From assembly GCF_035084215.1 (NCBI RefSeq), contig NC_090348.1, positions 14,632,001 to 14,696,000 on the forward strand: DNA of 64,000 bases, written 5' to 3'. Position 1 is the stretch's first letter, and every line of letters begins with the position of its first letter. This DNA is from Heptranchias perlo (lineage: Eukaryota). Below the pieces are notes generated by a model. The model was not told the origin of the DNA. It was given only the letters and a program-made list of their open reading frames with translations, and made no database searches. This document shows positions 1-12,924 of the stretch, in pieces. The position numbers and the translations under genes were made by a program.

Positions 1-429
1 TGAACATGCAAAGGAATCAACGACAGTTTCAGTCAAGGGCCCTGGGACGCCTATTTTTTCTGCCTACATCAATCGGGCGGGTGGCGCACTTCTGGCTCGT
101 AATGAGTGTGCTTCCTGCCCACCATATTGGAGGTTTAAGCGCCCGTTTAATGCCCAAAAAACAGGCACAGCGCCATCGAATTTCTAGGCCGCTGACCCTT
201 GTTGGAAAGTGAATGGGTCTTGATGACTGCCCTGATTACTATGACATATGAGACCCAAACAACCCATCTGAGGTAGACAGGCTACTGCTGTTCATGTTTC
301 CACTGTCATCACTTCTCCTTCAGGCTTCTCACATGGGCAGACACTGCCATGTATCACTGCTTACCAACTCATATAATCAGTCCTGAAATTTTCCCAGCAA
401 TAAATATTGGCATTAATAATGTTGGCAAT

Positions 430-945
430 GTAGCTGATGACTGACTTATGAATAGGTAATGGTAATTTTTTTTGAAGCAGTAGGTTCAGGAAACATGCCA
501 CGTAAAGGTAGTCTGAAGGAACAGCAGAGGGATTACAGGATTAATGGGAAAATACAGACCAAGATGGATCAGGAAAAGGGTCCTGAGGTGATAATAAATA
601 TCAAGTCAATGTGTGGCTGCTGTCAGAAAAGCAACTGGGATGTTGGGTTGGATAGAAAGAGGGATGGAGTGTAGAGCAAAGGATGTAATTCTGTTATGAT
701 ATTGATCATTGATCAGGTCATTGGTCAGGTCACCCTGGAGGATTGTGTGCAGCTCCAGAACCCGTAATACAGAAGGGATGTGGTGATGGAAGCAGATCCA
801 ATAGTAACTTTCAAAAGGGAATTGGATAAATACTTGAAAGGAAAAAATTTACAGGGTTATGGGGAAAGAGCAGGGGAATGGGATTAATTGGATAGCTCCA
901 GCACAGGCATGATGGGCCGAATGGCCTCCTCCTGTGCTATAACTA
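430..945 (+). mobile_element. Degenerate CR1-clade LINE 3' fragment
   Basis: Typical CR1 3' end text (ttcaaaagggaattggataaatacttg...gggttatggggaaagagcaggg...gggccgaatggcctcctcctgtgc) preceded by eroded ORF2 remnants; start approximate. Confidence 0.7.
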
Positions 946-1299
946 CAACAATACTATTTTAAAAAATCACTGCAGCAAGATGTTGCAGCATAAGTGGGGA
1001 ACATTTCAAAAACATATAAACGATTGCTCATTCTCTATTGTGCTGGCCGTTTAAATTTAAAATTCTACCATGAAGCTATTTAGCAACATTGGATGCCAGG
1101 GACATGCCAGGTGATCAGTGTTGTAGGGCACAAATGATAGGAAATACATATTTCTCTCATTTGCATGTCATCATTATAAGCTTACCCATATGCAAACATG
1201 GACATTGTTTGACTACTCACACATTAGGCAGAAATATGGCAATAGGACTGGATCCATTATGAAATTCTACCTGTCTGCCCAGATAATGTCATTTTCTCA

Positions 1300-2030
1300 C
1301 TCCTTCAATTTCTAGGCTGTAGTCTTTGACTTCAGCCAGTATGTTGGGCCAGTTGTATTGCAATCTCTGACTTTGCACATGCACCATTCAATCCCAACAT
1401 GGTTGCAGTATCTTTTCTGCACCATCTCTACCCTCAGGTCTTCAGAGATGATGATCTCCTTTAAACAAGATGTCAACTTGAACAGACAGTTCATCTCAGA
1501 GGTGGTAATACTCTTTAATCTCACGAAGAACATCATTTTTGCATTTTGATCATCCAGTCAGAGCAGTGTGCTTAACATTTTATAGGGCTTCATCTTTCTG
1601 AGTTTTGAGCTGAATTTCAGGTAGAGCCTATTCTGAAAGAACAAGGCATTGGACCATGTTAATATTCTTGATCTCTTCAATAAATTCACCTTCGGCTTTA
1701 GTCAGGTATACTTCAAAATTAATATTTTTCCCTGGCTTTATCAGTCTAAAGAAGCACTTAAAGCATCATATTACTGTATTTCCTTGTTTGTGTTTCATTT
1801 TCAGAGTGTACTTCTGCAGATGCAATAGAATTCTTTGCAACTGCTTGGGTGCAGGTCGGAGAACTTTCTCAACAATACTCTCCAAGGGATTATGGTCAGT
1901 CTCAATTCCAACTCCTCTTCCGTACACATATTTCTGAAATCATTTTCACTCATACACCGTAGCAAGCAGTGCCAGCACAGCTTTAAGGGATACTTTCACC
2001 TAAATAAGATCATTGCCTACTGAAAAATCA
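1300..2030 (-). mobile_element. Decayed Gypsy/Ty3 LTR-retrotransposon pol (RNase H and integrase Zn-binding region)
   Basis: Manual minus-strand translation near 1800-1970 gives FQKYVYGRGVGIETDHNPLESIVEKVLRPAPKQLQRILLHLQKY (RNase H TDHxPL motif, with stops upstream); ORF 1312-1536 contains IIISEDLRVEMVQKRYCNHVGIE, resembling the integrase N-terminal region. Confidence 0.7.
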
Positions 2031-2034
2031 GTCC

Positions 2035-2271
2035 TGTCATCATGCCCCTCCCCCTTGGCTGTTGAATGTATCCGTGTGATTTATATCAATTAGTGTTAAT
2101 TGTATTCAGGTGGTGTGTATCAATTGTATCCTCTTGTATCCATATGTAAGAGAGCTTATCTAGGGTGTGGTGAGGGTGTAATGTGGATCTCTGTGAATAA
2201 AGGCTTGGAAGCAACTGAAGACCAGGCTCTAGTATTCTATCCTTCACCACCTGGCTATCCAGTTTATATCA
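2035..2271 (+). mobile_element. Possible short LTR
   Basis: Starts TG, ends CA, internal AATAAA, followed by ttggcaacc (PBS-like); no TSD found. Confidence 0.35.
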
Positions 2272-2559
2272 TTGGCAACCACATCAACTCATTTGCTGAC
2301 ATGTAGTTCTCCTCTACAGCAAAGTCTCCCATTTGGAAAATATTTTGCTATTCATTCTCACAAACATTCGCTCATATTGCTCGATATCAATCTGCACATA
2401 TTCTGACAATGACCAAAAAATCTTATTCCAAAAAAATGAGTGTCTTCTGACTGTTTTTAACCACCGTGCCGCTCCTTGGTGCTTATAATTGTGTAAACTT
2501 TGAGTCCTAGCCACCTATTCTCAATGCTTCCTCAGTGGCAGGAAGTTCGAAGATTGTGG

Positions 2560-3780
2560 GTTGGTGCTTTCCAGCACGTACCTTGGGGGACTGAAGTGGC
2601 CCTTTTCTCAGGACAACTTAGGTCTTAGAGGGACCTGCTGCAGGCTGGGTCTCCTGTGCTGTTGGTAGGTCTGCCTGGCCCTTGCTGCTTTATCCCATAT
2701 GTTTAGGCATCAGCATTGGTGGGAGGACACACTTGTAGCACTGTCTTGAAAGACAGCGTCATCATGCATGCACAGACCTGCCAAACCACCAGCACTGGAC
2801 TCTGGGTCTGGTTGGCCACTGATCAGCAAACAAGTATGGTACCAATCAAATCAATGAAGCACTCAGAGATAGCCCTGTCCAATCTGGTGCCCAAGGTATC
2901 TATGATAACAGTCGCCGCTGCCATGTCAGAACCTATGACTGTACTTAGATCCTCTGTTGGGAGATTGTGCGCTCCATGGCTAACTGCATGGCTTGCACAT
3001 CCATCATGGTGTCTCAGATGTGAGTGGTGAACTTCTCCAGCTGAGCCACCATTTGCAGCATATTCTGTGATATCATCTCCACTGCCTGTTTGATGCTCTG
3101 CAAGGATCCTTCTTTTAAATGCCAAACCACTGAGAACTGGGTCCTGAGTCTCCTCCTCTTCCACTCCAGCTCTTCCTGGACATTCATGATCTGGGTGTTA
3201 CCATGTAAAATCTTCTCAGTCTCACTAATTACCACCCCCACCCCCCACACTCTCCACACCCCAAGGGTAGTTCTGAGGGAGAGGTGTAATTACAGGGTTG
3301 ATGAAAAGGGACTGGGTGTTGTTGAAGGAGAAGGAAGAGGGTGTGAATAATCTTGTGGACATTTCAGCTAAGTAGTAGATGGCATTCAACACAGGGAGAA
3401 CAAGGTGGGTGGAAATGTGAAAGATGCTTTTCACATTTCATTGGTTCAAGTTGCCAGTGCCAAACTCATACCTTGGCTAACCTTTTTCCTGGCATTTGGT
3501 AGCTGTGTGGGGGATTACTGGAGGTAGCACATACTGCCAAGATTGCTTCCTTCCACTGTGCCTGCACTATGCCCTTCATGTGCATCCTTCCCTCTAAGCG
3601 AAACATCTGCTGCCTCCAATGCCAGATTTCAGACAATAACACCTCAGCTCTATGCACTGAAGCACTAGACTTAGACATCGCAACGCTGCTCCAAATTGTT
3701 GCTGGCATAAAATGGCTGCCTAAGCCATCAGCTGCTACAGCCATTTAAATGCTGCAGCAGTACTGGATTATCCCTTCGCT
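2560..3780 (-). mobile_element. PIF/Harbinger Myb/SANT-like accessory gene relic
   Basis: ORF 3466-3744 (AEVLLSEIWHWRQQMF...AQWKEAILAVCATSSNPPHSYQMPGKRL) has the spacing of the Myb/SANT DNA-binding domain of Harbinger accessory proteins; heavily degraded, limits approximate. Confidence 0.45.
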
Positions 3781-5109
3781 GTCTCTTTTTAATTACTGCT
3801 TAGTGAAAAACTAATAATGAAAAGTAATGGAACATTTCTTACTTTAGTTTTATGAAGAATTGGTGTGTAATGCTGTGTTATTACAAATGTGGAGATGCAG
3901 ACTCTATATAAAAGGGCAGTCTAACACATTCCTGCACATGTCCCATCGCAAAAAGATCAATGCAAATTGCCTTCGACAGGACAACATTCTCATCTGTACT
4001 GCATTTACATCGTTTGCAGTGAAAGATAAATTCCTCCTTTTCTTTCACTTCGCCTAATAAAATTCTATTTATTTTTATATAGACTACAACTAATTAAGTA
4101 TATTAATTTTACTCTGAGGAACAGAATGTGCTGTGAAAATATTATTCCATTCTATAGCTGACTCGTGACGATTGCAGAAAGATCTTAGCCCTAAACACAC
4201 AATCCACTAACTAGAAAGTTTACCCTACTAATGGGAAAGTATTCTATTGTCTCAAACCCCAACAATGTATTACAATACATAAAATGTGGTGACTGCACTT
4301 GGTTACAGATTCACTAGTTTGGTTTGGAAATTTACAAAGCAGGTTTGCTGATAGTGCATAGGCCACATCTTGAAGATTTTTACTGATGTAATCTTATCCT
4401 TCATATCCTAATCTAATTGTGCATTGCCCTAGAGGGAAAAAAGATACTGCAGACAAATGCCAAATTTTTGAACATGGTAAAAACATTGGCCTGGAAATTC
4501 TCCAGCCACTTTCAGCCCTTTATGTTGTTTCTCTGGGGCTTCTGCTGATCTCTGATTGAAGTTACAGCAAGTAATCGGAAGAACCCTTGCAGAATTTCAG
4601 GGCCTTTGTTTTAAAATGTATTTACCTCTTTCCCTACTAAGCAAACTGAACTCTATTGCCTATAAGTTACTGTGGTCAAAAGCCTAACATACTTACGTGA
4701 CATTCCAATGTTAAAGTAGGCATTAATCCTACTTATTTTAAATGGGTTAACATCTCCACTAAAATAATGAGCAGAGGAATGTCATACGAATGTCTTAAGT
4801 GTTCACCTGCTAGTAACACCAACAGTAATTACTGATATGATTAGCAAAGCAACTAAACTTGCTAACACTTCAATTTAGTTAGCTATTTAAAATTGAATTA
4901 ATCCAGATTTGTTTAACTTTATGGATTGCATTATCTACTAATGCAGTTTCACTCACAACTTTTTATGTCTGTTATTAGACTCCTCAAACAACACCCATGT
5001 CCACTGAGATTACTTTTAGTAAACAAATGCTTCAAATATTAAGGCACTTTATCACCATTCCTTCCTTTGTTGGTGCTTACTGGAATATTAAAAGCAGTAA
5101 ATCAAGACA

Positions 5110-5680
5110 GCTTTCTTTCACCTCCAAATTATTGCCTGCCTCTTCCGTACAGCTGCTGAAACCCTAATCCATGCCTTTATTATATCAATTTCACTAATGC
5201 TGTCCTTACTAACCTCCCTCTTTCCATCTTCCACAAACCACAACTCCAGAATGCAGTAGCTCACGTACTCACCTGGACCAATGCCAGCATCATCCTTGCC
5301 CTTGCCAAGCTCCATTGACTCCCCATACCCTAGCAAATTGACTCTAAGATCCTCATCCTCACCTTCAGAATCCCTACATCATCCCACCTCAGCGGTCTTC
5401 TCCAGCCATATATCCCCTCATGCACTCTCCAATCCTCCAACTCTGGTCTACTCTTTGTTCCCTGCTCTTTCAGCCACCCCCTGGAACTCCTACCCTCAAC
5501 ATCTCCACTTTATCACTTCCCTTCCTGCTTTCAAAAGCCTCTGAAAAATGCTTCTGTCCAATCGTGCTTCCACTTACCCATTCTGTGCTTCTCTTTTTTT
5601 CCTTCCTGCTTGGTGTCCACTGCTCTGTAAAGCTCTGAGACATCTCTCTATACACGAGGAGAGCCGCAGAAATTTAACTT
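5110..5680 (+). mobile_element. L2-clade LINE 3' remnant
   Basis: gctgctgaaaccctaatccatgccttt...ctccagaatgcagtagctcac...caagctccattgactcccc, followed by a tgtaaagctctgagacat tail; typical L2 ORF2 C-terminus and 3' end. Confidence 0.6.
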
Positions 5681-7914
5681 GGAAACTAATGTTTATTTGC
5701 CTTAGAAGATAACTTTCATCTCCTTACATTTCAAGTATGCACGTTTGTACACTTGGTTGCCAACTGTAATGTTTTGTTTTGCCTCCAAGTCACGTAGCAT
5801 TTCCAGAAATTGACAGTGAATGATTTGACCCTTTTAGTACCGTACACTGACACTAAAAGTGTTTCCAGTCTAAGTGCTGGAAATCGGTCTGTTGCTAATT
5901 TGGCTAAGCACTAATTTAAAATAAAACTAAGTGCCTTTCTGCAGATCAGTCAGAATTATGTCATATACATAGAGGCTACACAACAAGGTGGTGCTATGTA
6001 CATAGAGTTTACAGCAATATGTATTTTTATGGGGTAATTTGAATAAATTCTGCCATTTATTTGATTTTTATTTCTTGTCTTTGCACTCATGGTGCAATTC
6101 CTGCAATTGAGATGCCAGATGTACAACTTGTTCCTGTAGCCAGCCTTCAGAAGGTTACAGGCACTGCATAAATATGACAGTCCAATTGAAGATGTGACAA
6201 TTTCCTCCCTTGACACAACTCACTTAACTGAGCGGGACTCACATCTGTATCTGTTCCTGCTCCACGGCATTAAGCATTAGTATACCAATGCTCGGTGCTA
6301 CCTTGGCACCCAGTACATGATTCTTATAGAAGAAGTGAACCGAACTGCATCACCAATGAGTGATAATGGGTCATTATGGAATTGTAAAAGAGGCAGCAGT
6401 AAATGAATGTCGCAGGAGGGGAGGCGTTATAGACAGCTGAGTGTATGTGATACTTTACAGCAATTGGATCCAACTCCTCACCCTAGTATTGAAAGTAATC
6501 ATATTGGAAAACTCCATTCTGCAGCCATTGTGGAGGATATGGCTTCTGTAGGAAACTAGCGAAATATTTGAGAAAAAGCAAGGAAAGAAATTGTAGCAGA
6601 GAGAGATGTGGAGATTGACCTGATGGCAGATATAAATATGGATTTAATATTAAGTTAGATGCAATTTTTGTTTGGTGGTGATTTTATTTTTAGGGCTGAC
6701 TAATATTAGTATTTGAAGGATTGACACTGAGTGAGGACAGTATTGGCTGGAGGAAGGACCAGAATATTGTGGAGTAATAAATCCATTTCAGACTGATGGT
6801 CACCAATTGCATTTGTGGGTCTTGTACTTTTGCATCACTCAAAATAGAGTAAGTTAAAAATGTGCTATTGCTTCAAAAACCAGAATTTGCTGTCAAAATA
6901 ATGGTGAGGCTAACGATGCTCACTGTTATCTATGCGCAAATTGCACAGTAACTTCAAGTGAGGGCAGATGAGGGGTTCAAAACCCCTTTAACAAAAGACA
7001 TTTGAAGGAAAGGGTTAACTGTGCCCCTTTTAAACAAAGACATTTGAAAACCTACAAACACAGTAATGTAGTAAACTGTGTTCTTGCAAATCCTATTTTT
7101 CCTTCAATGACACTGGTGGTATTGGAAAAGTGTAGGTTTCGAGATTGAAGACATTATACTGCGGATAGATATCTAGATTATTAAATAAATAAGCTAGATG
7201 GATAATATTGAGCTCAATGGGTTGTCAGGTTTTTTAAACACATAGGCTTTTGAACAAATAAGCTTTTCAACACAGCAGGGGGTAATGTAAGAGAAGGCAA
7301 CAAGGGCACACATAAAGGCTTCGGTTCAGGAAAGCAATGATAGGCCCATGCCTTTTCAAATCTCTCATTCCTATCTGGTAATCTGTTCAAAGAACTGGAA
7401 TTTGTAAAACATCAAATAGTATTGCATCCAGCATATAGTCAAATGTCATAAGGAATGGATTTGAAACCATTGAAGCAATCAAAATTGGAGACATCGGGAC
7501 CATTAAGAATGTCTGTGTATAGAAATGGAAGGGGCTATCTCTTCGTGAAAGGCCATAAACAGAGATAGGAAAGGGGCCTTTTATATTCCATGGTTCCAGC
7601 ACATGCTCTTTTCTACTTCAAAGGGTCTCTATCCACATGATCAAAGCCTAAACTGTCAATCATTGAAGTATGTTAACAATCGAGGCATAGCAGCAGGGAG
7701 CGATTGGACAAAAAGAGTGACACTCCCCAATCCTACGTCCTGTTGGCTAGGGGCTGCAGAAAGTAACCTGAGCCCAGCTGCTGAAACACACAGGCAGGAA
7801 CGACTTTTGAACTGAAGTAACCTGAGTTCAGACACTGGCCTCAGCTGGCTGGAACCGGTTTGAATTAACTAAGTTTTGTGAAAGACAAAGGAAATGTGAT
7901 AAGACACAAGTCCT

Positions 7915-8439
7915 TATTTAGAAATGGAGTAATGAGGTAATGCTACCTACGTCCTTGGGACAGAGCCAATGAGGAGAAGACACAGGGTAACCGAGAAAGC
8001 CTAAACCAACGAAAGAGAAAGACAGCACAGCTTGAAGAGATAAGATTCGGAATAAGAATGAAGGATCTAGGGTGTGGAGCCAGAGCGGAGGCCAACCATC
8101 GCAGAAGTGGAAGACTCTACGTCAGAGACGTAGAGACGACGTCGAGAGCGAGAACGGAACGCCTGGCCTGCGTCAGCTCTCCTTTTTGGGTATTATCCTT
8201 TATATTCTGTGACCACTCAGGGAGTGTCAGAGAAACCTAGTGGGTGTGCGTTTAGATCCTAGTTTGGGTATAAAACTGTATAATCTGGTGTAAACTGCAT
8301 GTCTTTATCTAACCAGACGTATAAGCTATATGTATATGATCTAACGGCATGAATAAAGTGAATTGAGAGTTAAGAGATATTTGACTCTTCTCCTCTTTGT
8401 ACTAGGCCAGTAACCATAACCGGTGACTTCCGGTCAACA
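7915..8439 (+). mobile_element. Solo LTR (~525 bp), probably nested in a larger degenerate element (~6980-8910)
   Basis: 5-bp TSD GTCCT at 7910-7914 and 8440-8444; ends ...AACA and starts TATT (TGTT with one change); AATAAA near 8352. Confidence 0.55.
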
Positions 8440-9002
8440 GTCCTATTGGTAAAATCAATATTAAAAGAAGACTTTGAGAGAATAACAGTCTCTTCGCCAC
8501 ACAGCAGTCACAAGGAACGCACACTGCAATCAAACATCATGCAAGAAGAAGAGGACCTCGTGGACTGAAGAGCTGATCAACTTTCAGGCCTCAATGAGCA
8601 AACGCCTTGGTTTAAAGGTTGCATATGTATTAATGATTTGCCTGATGTGTGTATGAATTGTTAAGTCATTACATAATAACGTTGCGAATTATTAAATGTA
8701 TAACGGGGTTTTATAGAGGAAAGTCATATGTATGGTTTGATTTTGCTTCATGGATGCTTGTATGAATTATAACATCATTAAATAAGTACTTTTGATTAAC
8801 GAAACTACCATGAGTGAGGGTGACTTTCTTTTCTTGACTAATCATCCAATTCCAAGAATCACAGGAAATAAGGTATACCCTACACAGATGCAAGGTTAAA
8901 CACGATCATCTGGAACTTGCTGTCCGAGATGTGTCGCTCTGCAGTTAGTTTCTCAAAAACAGCATTTCGTTGTCTGACTTACCATTCAAATACACTGAAT
9001 GG

Positions 9003-9092
9003 CACACTTCAAAACTACTTAATTGGCTGTAAACCACTTTGGGATGTCCTGAGGTCATGAAAGGCGCTATAGAAATGATAGTCTTTCTTTCT
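9003..9092 (+). mobile_element. SINE/L2-type 3' tail fragment
   Basis: cacacttcaaaactacttaattggctgtaaaccactttgggatgtcctgaggtcatgaaaggcgctatagaaatg matches the tail of the full SINEs at 22.9 kb and 35.9 kb. Confidence 0.65.
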
Positions 9093-10981
9093 ACGACAAA
9101 CAATTGGTGCAATGCAGTAACAAGTTCAATTGTTGGTGCAATTACAAAAAATAAGCATTAATTCTATTATCAGTTTACAATAACTAAAAATTTGGTGAAT
9201 GGGGATTATAAATAATGCCAGCTATCTACAATGTGACAAGTCATGCACATCCATTCATTAGATTATTACACAAGGAAGTATACAGGTGAAATGCAAAGAG
9301 AATGGCGCAATACGCTTACAAAAGTACTTAGCAATATCCTTTGATATTCCTTCTGTAGCTACAGACTGGCCACCAGGGCTGACTATCTCCAATTTGATCA
9401 TATCCCAGAGAAACCATATTTTCAAGTATTAACCAAATATTAATCATGATTATTCCTCCTGATGACTTAGTGGGAGATGCACTCTGTAGTGTGGCACTGA
9501 GCCGCACAGACCAAGAGATTTTAGGATGCATTTGCAAATCATCCTTAATGTTGCTGTGAAGTGGCTGCAATTTGGCAATGATACCAAGCATGGTTTGTAA
9601 TCAAGGGCTGGCAGATCAATTCAATCACCAGGCCCGACTTCCTATCCCCACCACCTGCTAGCTTGAGGCTTGAACTGTAGATCCCGGAACTCAGTGCAAA
9701 CAAAATCTGCTGCAGTTTGGGTCAAGAAGAAAAAAAAATTAATTAATAAAAAAGACTCTCCAATTATTCATCCCTCCTGGACATAAAGAAACAAATAATT
9801 AAAAACCAAATAAAATGATCTTAAATGTTTGGTGTATGTGCTTCATGATATCACATCACAACCAAATGAATCCCTATGAGCTAAGTTTAGGTTTCAGAGA
9901 TGCCTGTGTGAATGAGGCCTCCAAACCCAAAGAAAGCTCAGGAGCGATTCACTCTGAATCCCATCAATGGAGTATAAATGCACTATTTGATATTAGATTA
10001 AGAAGGCTTCAGATATTAGATCCCTGCTGGTCCAAGGCAGCATTGAGGGACAACTACAATTGGGATCAAGGAGGGAAAAAAGCTCAGCCATGATTCCTGA
10101 TCACTATACAGTAACTGCTGCTGGGAAGTGTGCATGAATGGACACCAGGTGAAGACAAGATGAGGGGAGAGGGGGGCTCGGCTGCAATGACCCCATGGTG
10201 ACTAGCCTGATGATACTCACTGTCTAGGTTCATAAATGAAAAATGGCAACCTGATTGAGGTACTAGAGAATGGAATCACACCCCAGCAAGAGTAAGCACT
10301 GATCAGAGGCCAGGGGAGAGAAGAAAGGAAGACTAAGGGACAGAAATCTACATTTAAAAAGTGCATGTGTAAGAGATTAACGTAATATAAGTTTAGAGCT
10401 ATCAGCTCAATGGTTCTTTTATACTATTACTGTGCAACACCTTTTAATGTTCTGGTTAGGAGTGATAGCTTCAAAACCTGAACTAAGTTCTGCATCACAC
10501 AAGGTAAAGAACAATAATTCATACTGGTGACATAATGCTTTTTAATTTCATGCATACCACCTACTTGCATATAACTAGAATAGGATGCAGCTATAATAAT
10601 ATAGAATAAAACAGAAAAACTCACCCGTGATTGTAAAATATGATGTTCTTTCATTCATACAAAAGAGCATCAGAGCTTGCTTATGTCATAGGTCTTGCAC
10701 CATATTCAGCTGTCTTTGTTGAGCTATCCTGTAATTTTTTTTGGAAGGGATGACTTCCAGAGAACATATTATTTATACAGTATTTATTTTAATTAACTCA
10801 GATTTACAAGTCAAAGTCAGTAGAAATATGCACACAAAAACACACGGCCTTGATCCATATTGTTCATAAAATATAAAAAAATGTTAAATCTACCTCAGCT
10901 TCAAGAAAAAGTATCTCTCATTGATATGGATTTGAAGCAGCCTTAAAATTGAGTGGATACAAATGAATTTTGTTGTGAGCC

Positions 10982-11148
10982 AGATGATACATTACTGATG
11001 TATCCTGTACACTAATGATTTTAGATGATACATTACTGATGTATCCTGTACACTAATGATTTTAGATCATACATTATTGATATATCCTGTACACTAATGA
11101 TTTCAAATGATACATTACTGATATATCCTGTACACTAATGATTTCAGA
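10982..11148. repeat. 41-bp minisatellite, ~4 copies
   Basis: Unit agatgatacattactgatgtatcctgtacactaatgatttt starts at 10982, 11023, 11064 and 11105. Confidence 0.95.
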
Positions 11149-11389
11149 AGTTATATGAAAATAACCAGTCAGGACATAGCTGAATCAGAGCCTGGAAATT
11201 CATCTTTAATTTGTTATTAAGTAGAAGGGGAAGGGGAAGTGTTTGATACATTGAGCAGATTGCACAGGGCAAGAAACTATGCTTTTAAATAACAATATTT
11301 AATAAAAACAAATTATAGGCATGTTTATGACAGGTAAACAGGTAAAAGAATAAACAGATCAGAAGATTGAAACATTGTATGCCAATGAA

Positions 11390-11678
11390 TAGGGATGTCA
11401 CAATATGGGTTTTGATAGTACAATATTCATTTTAAAAATATATTTTGAATAAGGAAAATAGAATAATTCTGATCATTCCTACCATTTTTTTAGAATTATA
11501 ATCTGTCCAGGTTGCCTTAACTGTGTTTTGTTTCACTTCATTACAACATTTTGGTTTATCATGACCATGATTATCTTTATAGGAGAAAATAAATGACTGC
11601 ATTACGATTATGGGGGTGGGGAGGGGGGGTGTTATGTATCAAAATATGTTGGTATATCAAAGTATTATGACATCCCTA
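11390..11678. mobile_element. Non-autonomous DNA transposon (MITE) with terminal inverted repeats
   Basis: Left TAGGGATGTCACAATAT; right end reverse-complements to TAGGGATGTCATAATAC; no clean TSD. Confidence 0.6.
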
Positions 11679-12908
11679 AACAGGAAATGAACAAGCCTGT
11701 CAACACAGCTGTTTTCAAAATGATATCACTGATAAATGACAGTAGTAATACTATAGCCATTCAAACTTGAATGCCCTGGACCTGATAGTACACAGGCTGC
11801 AGAGCCCCTTTTCACTTTTATGATCAATACACCAGTTAAGGCAATTTGTGCTGAATTTAAAGTGCATTTTTATGCTTAATTAAAGTTAGGCTTGACATTA
11901 CTTAGGAATTAAGATTTGTTTTCTACTTCAGCAACCAATACTTTCATGTCAAACAAGTTGTTAACCAACAACGTGCACAGTCTCAAAAATGCCACCTCAA
12001 CCACATCAGAGACACCTTGACTTCATCAGCTGCCAATTCTACATTTTACACATTCAATGGAAGTGAATCAAAAACCTGAAATGAATAAATTATGGGATGT
12101 TTTTGCTACATCCTCATATCTACAAAGTATCAAACTAAGTCTGTGAGAATGTGTTTTACTTGTAATCCTAACCTCATTTAAAATTGAAGCTCTCTGTCAT
12201 TTATTGCTGAGCTGAATTGAAATGTGCTTATCAGCAATATGTTATGCGGCATCACAGGCACTATTTTTGTCTCCTATTCCCTCTTTATTTTGTTGTTTGA
12301 TTTCTAGACCAAATCAACCCAAATTCTACCTCAGGAACAAATGATAGAGAGATCCTCATTATAATGATATTGCTTTGATGTATATTACTCAGTGCAAACC
12401 ATTTTAAACTGGGCAAAGTCACTTTACAAAACATTACACCAAGACAGTCATTCTTGGTATATTGAATTGCTTCATTTTCACTACTATTATTAATGGTTCT
12501 ATTATTTAAAAAGAGGCTCTTTCATGACTCTGTTCACAGCCACCCATCTTGTGTACATTCAGGCCTATGTACAATACGTTTGCCAAGTTGGTCCAGGATT
12601 AAGAATATCTACCAAAACGGTATAACCAGAAAGACATGCCTATATTACATCAGATTTTCTCTCTATCCATATCCTGTACTCAGCTGTAATGATTACAAAT
12701 AAACATCACCAAACCCTAACCCATCCCACTGGTTTTCAGAACCTTCATTGTCAAAGAAACTGCATGCAGCACGCTTCTCAAGTCACATGCAGATAAACGT
12801 TAACCTAAGGAACAATTTCCCAAAAACTAGAAACTCAATTGCTAAAGTAAACATGAGCTGCCAGAAGCCACGTAGATTTTATCAAAGCAGTTCTGCAGCA
12901 TTGGATCA

Positions 12909-12924
12909 TTTATTGCTGTTTATT
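12909..12924 (-). terminator. Candidate polyadenylation signals for KCNA1 copy 1 (two AATAAA)
   Basis: TTTATT twice on + strand ~2.7 kb downstream of the stop; at least one retained in copy 2 (~26463) and both in copy 3 (~39443-39457); no transcript evidence. Confidence 0.3.

Noticed and set aside
9430-10310. Two possible ancient SINE-like fragments (~9430-9640 and ~9955-10310)
   Set aside because: Too degraded to assign family or boundaries from sequence alone.
10982-11148. Regular 41-bp repeats resembling a CRISPR array
   Set aside because: Contiguous units with no unique spacers in a vertebrate context; a minisatellite.
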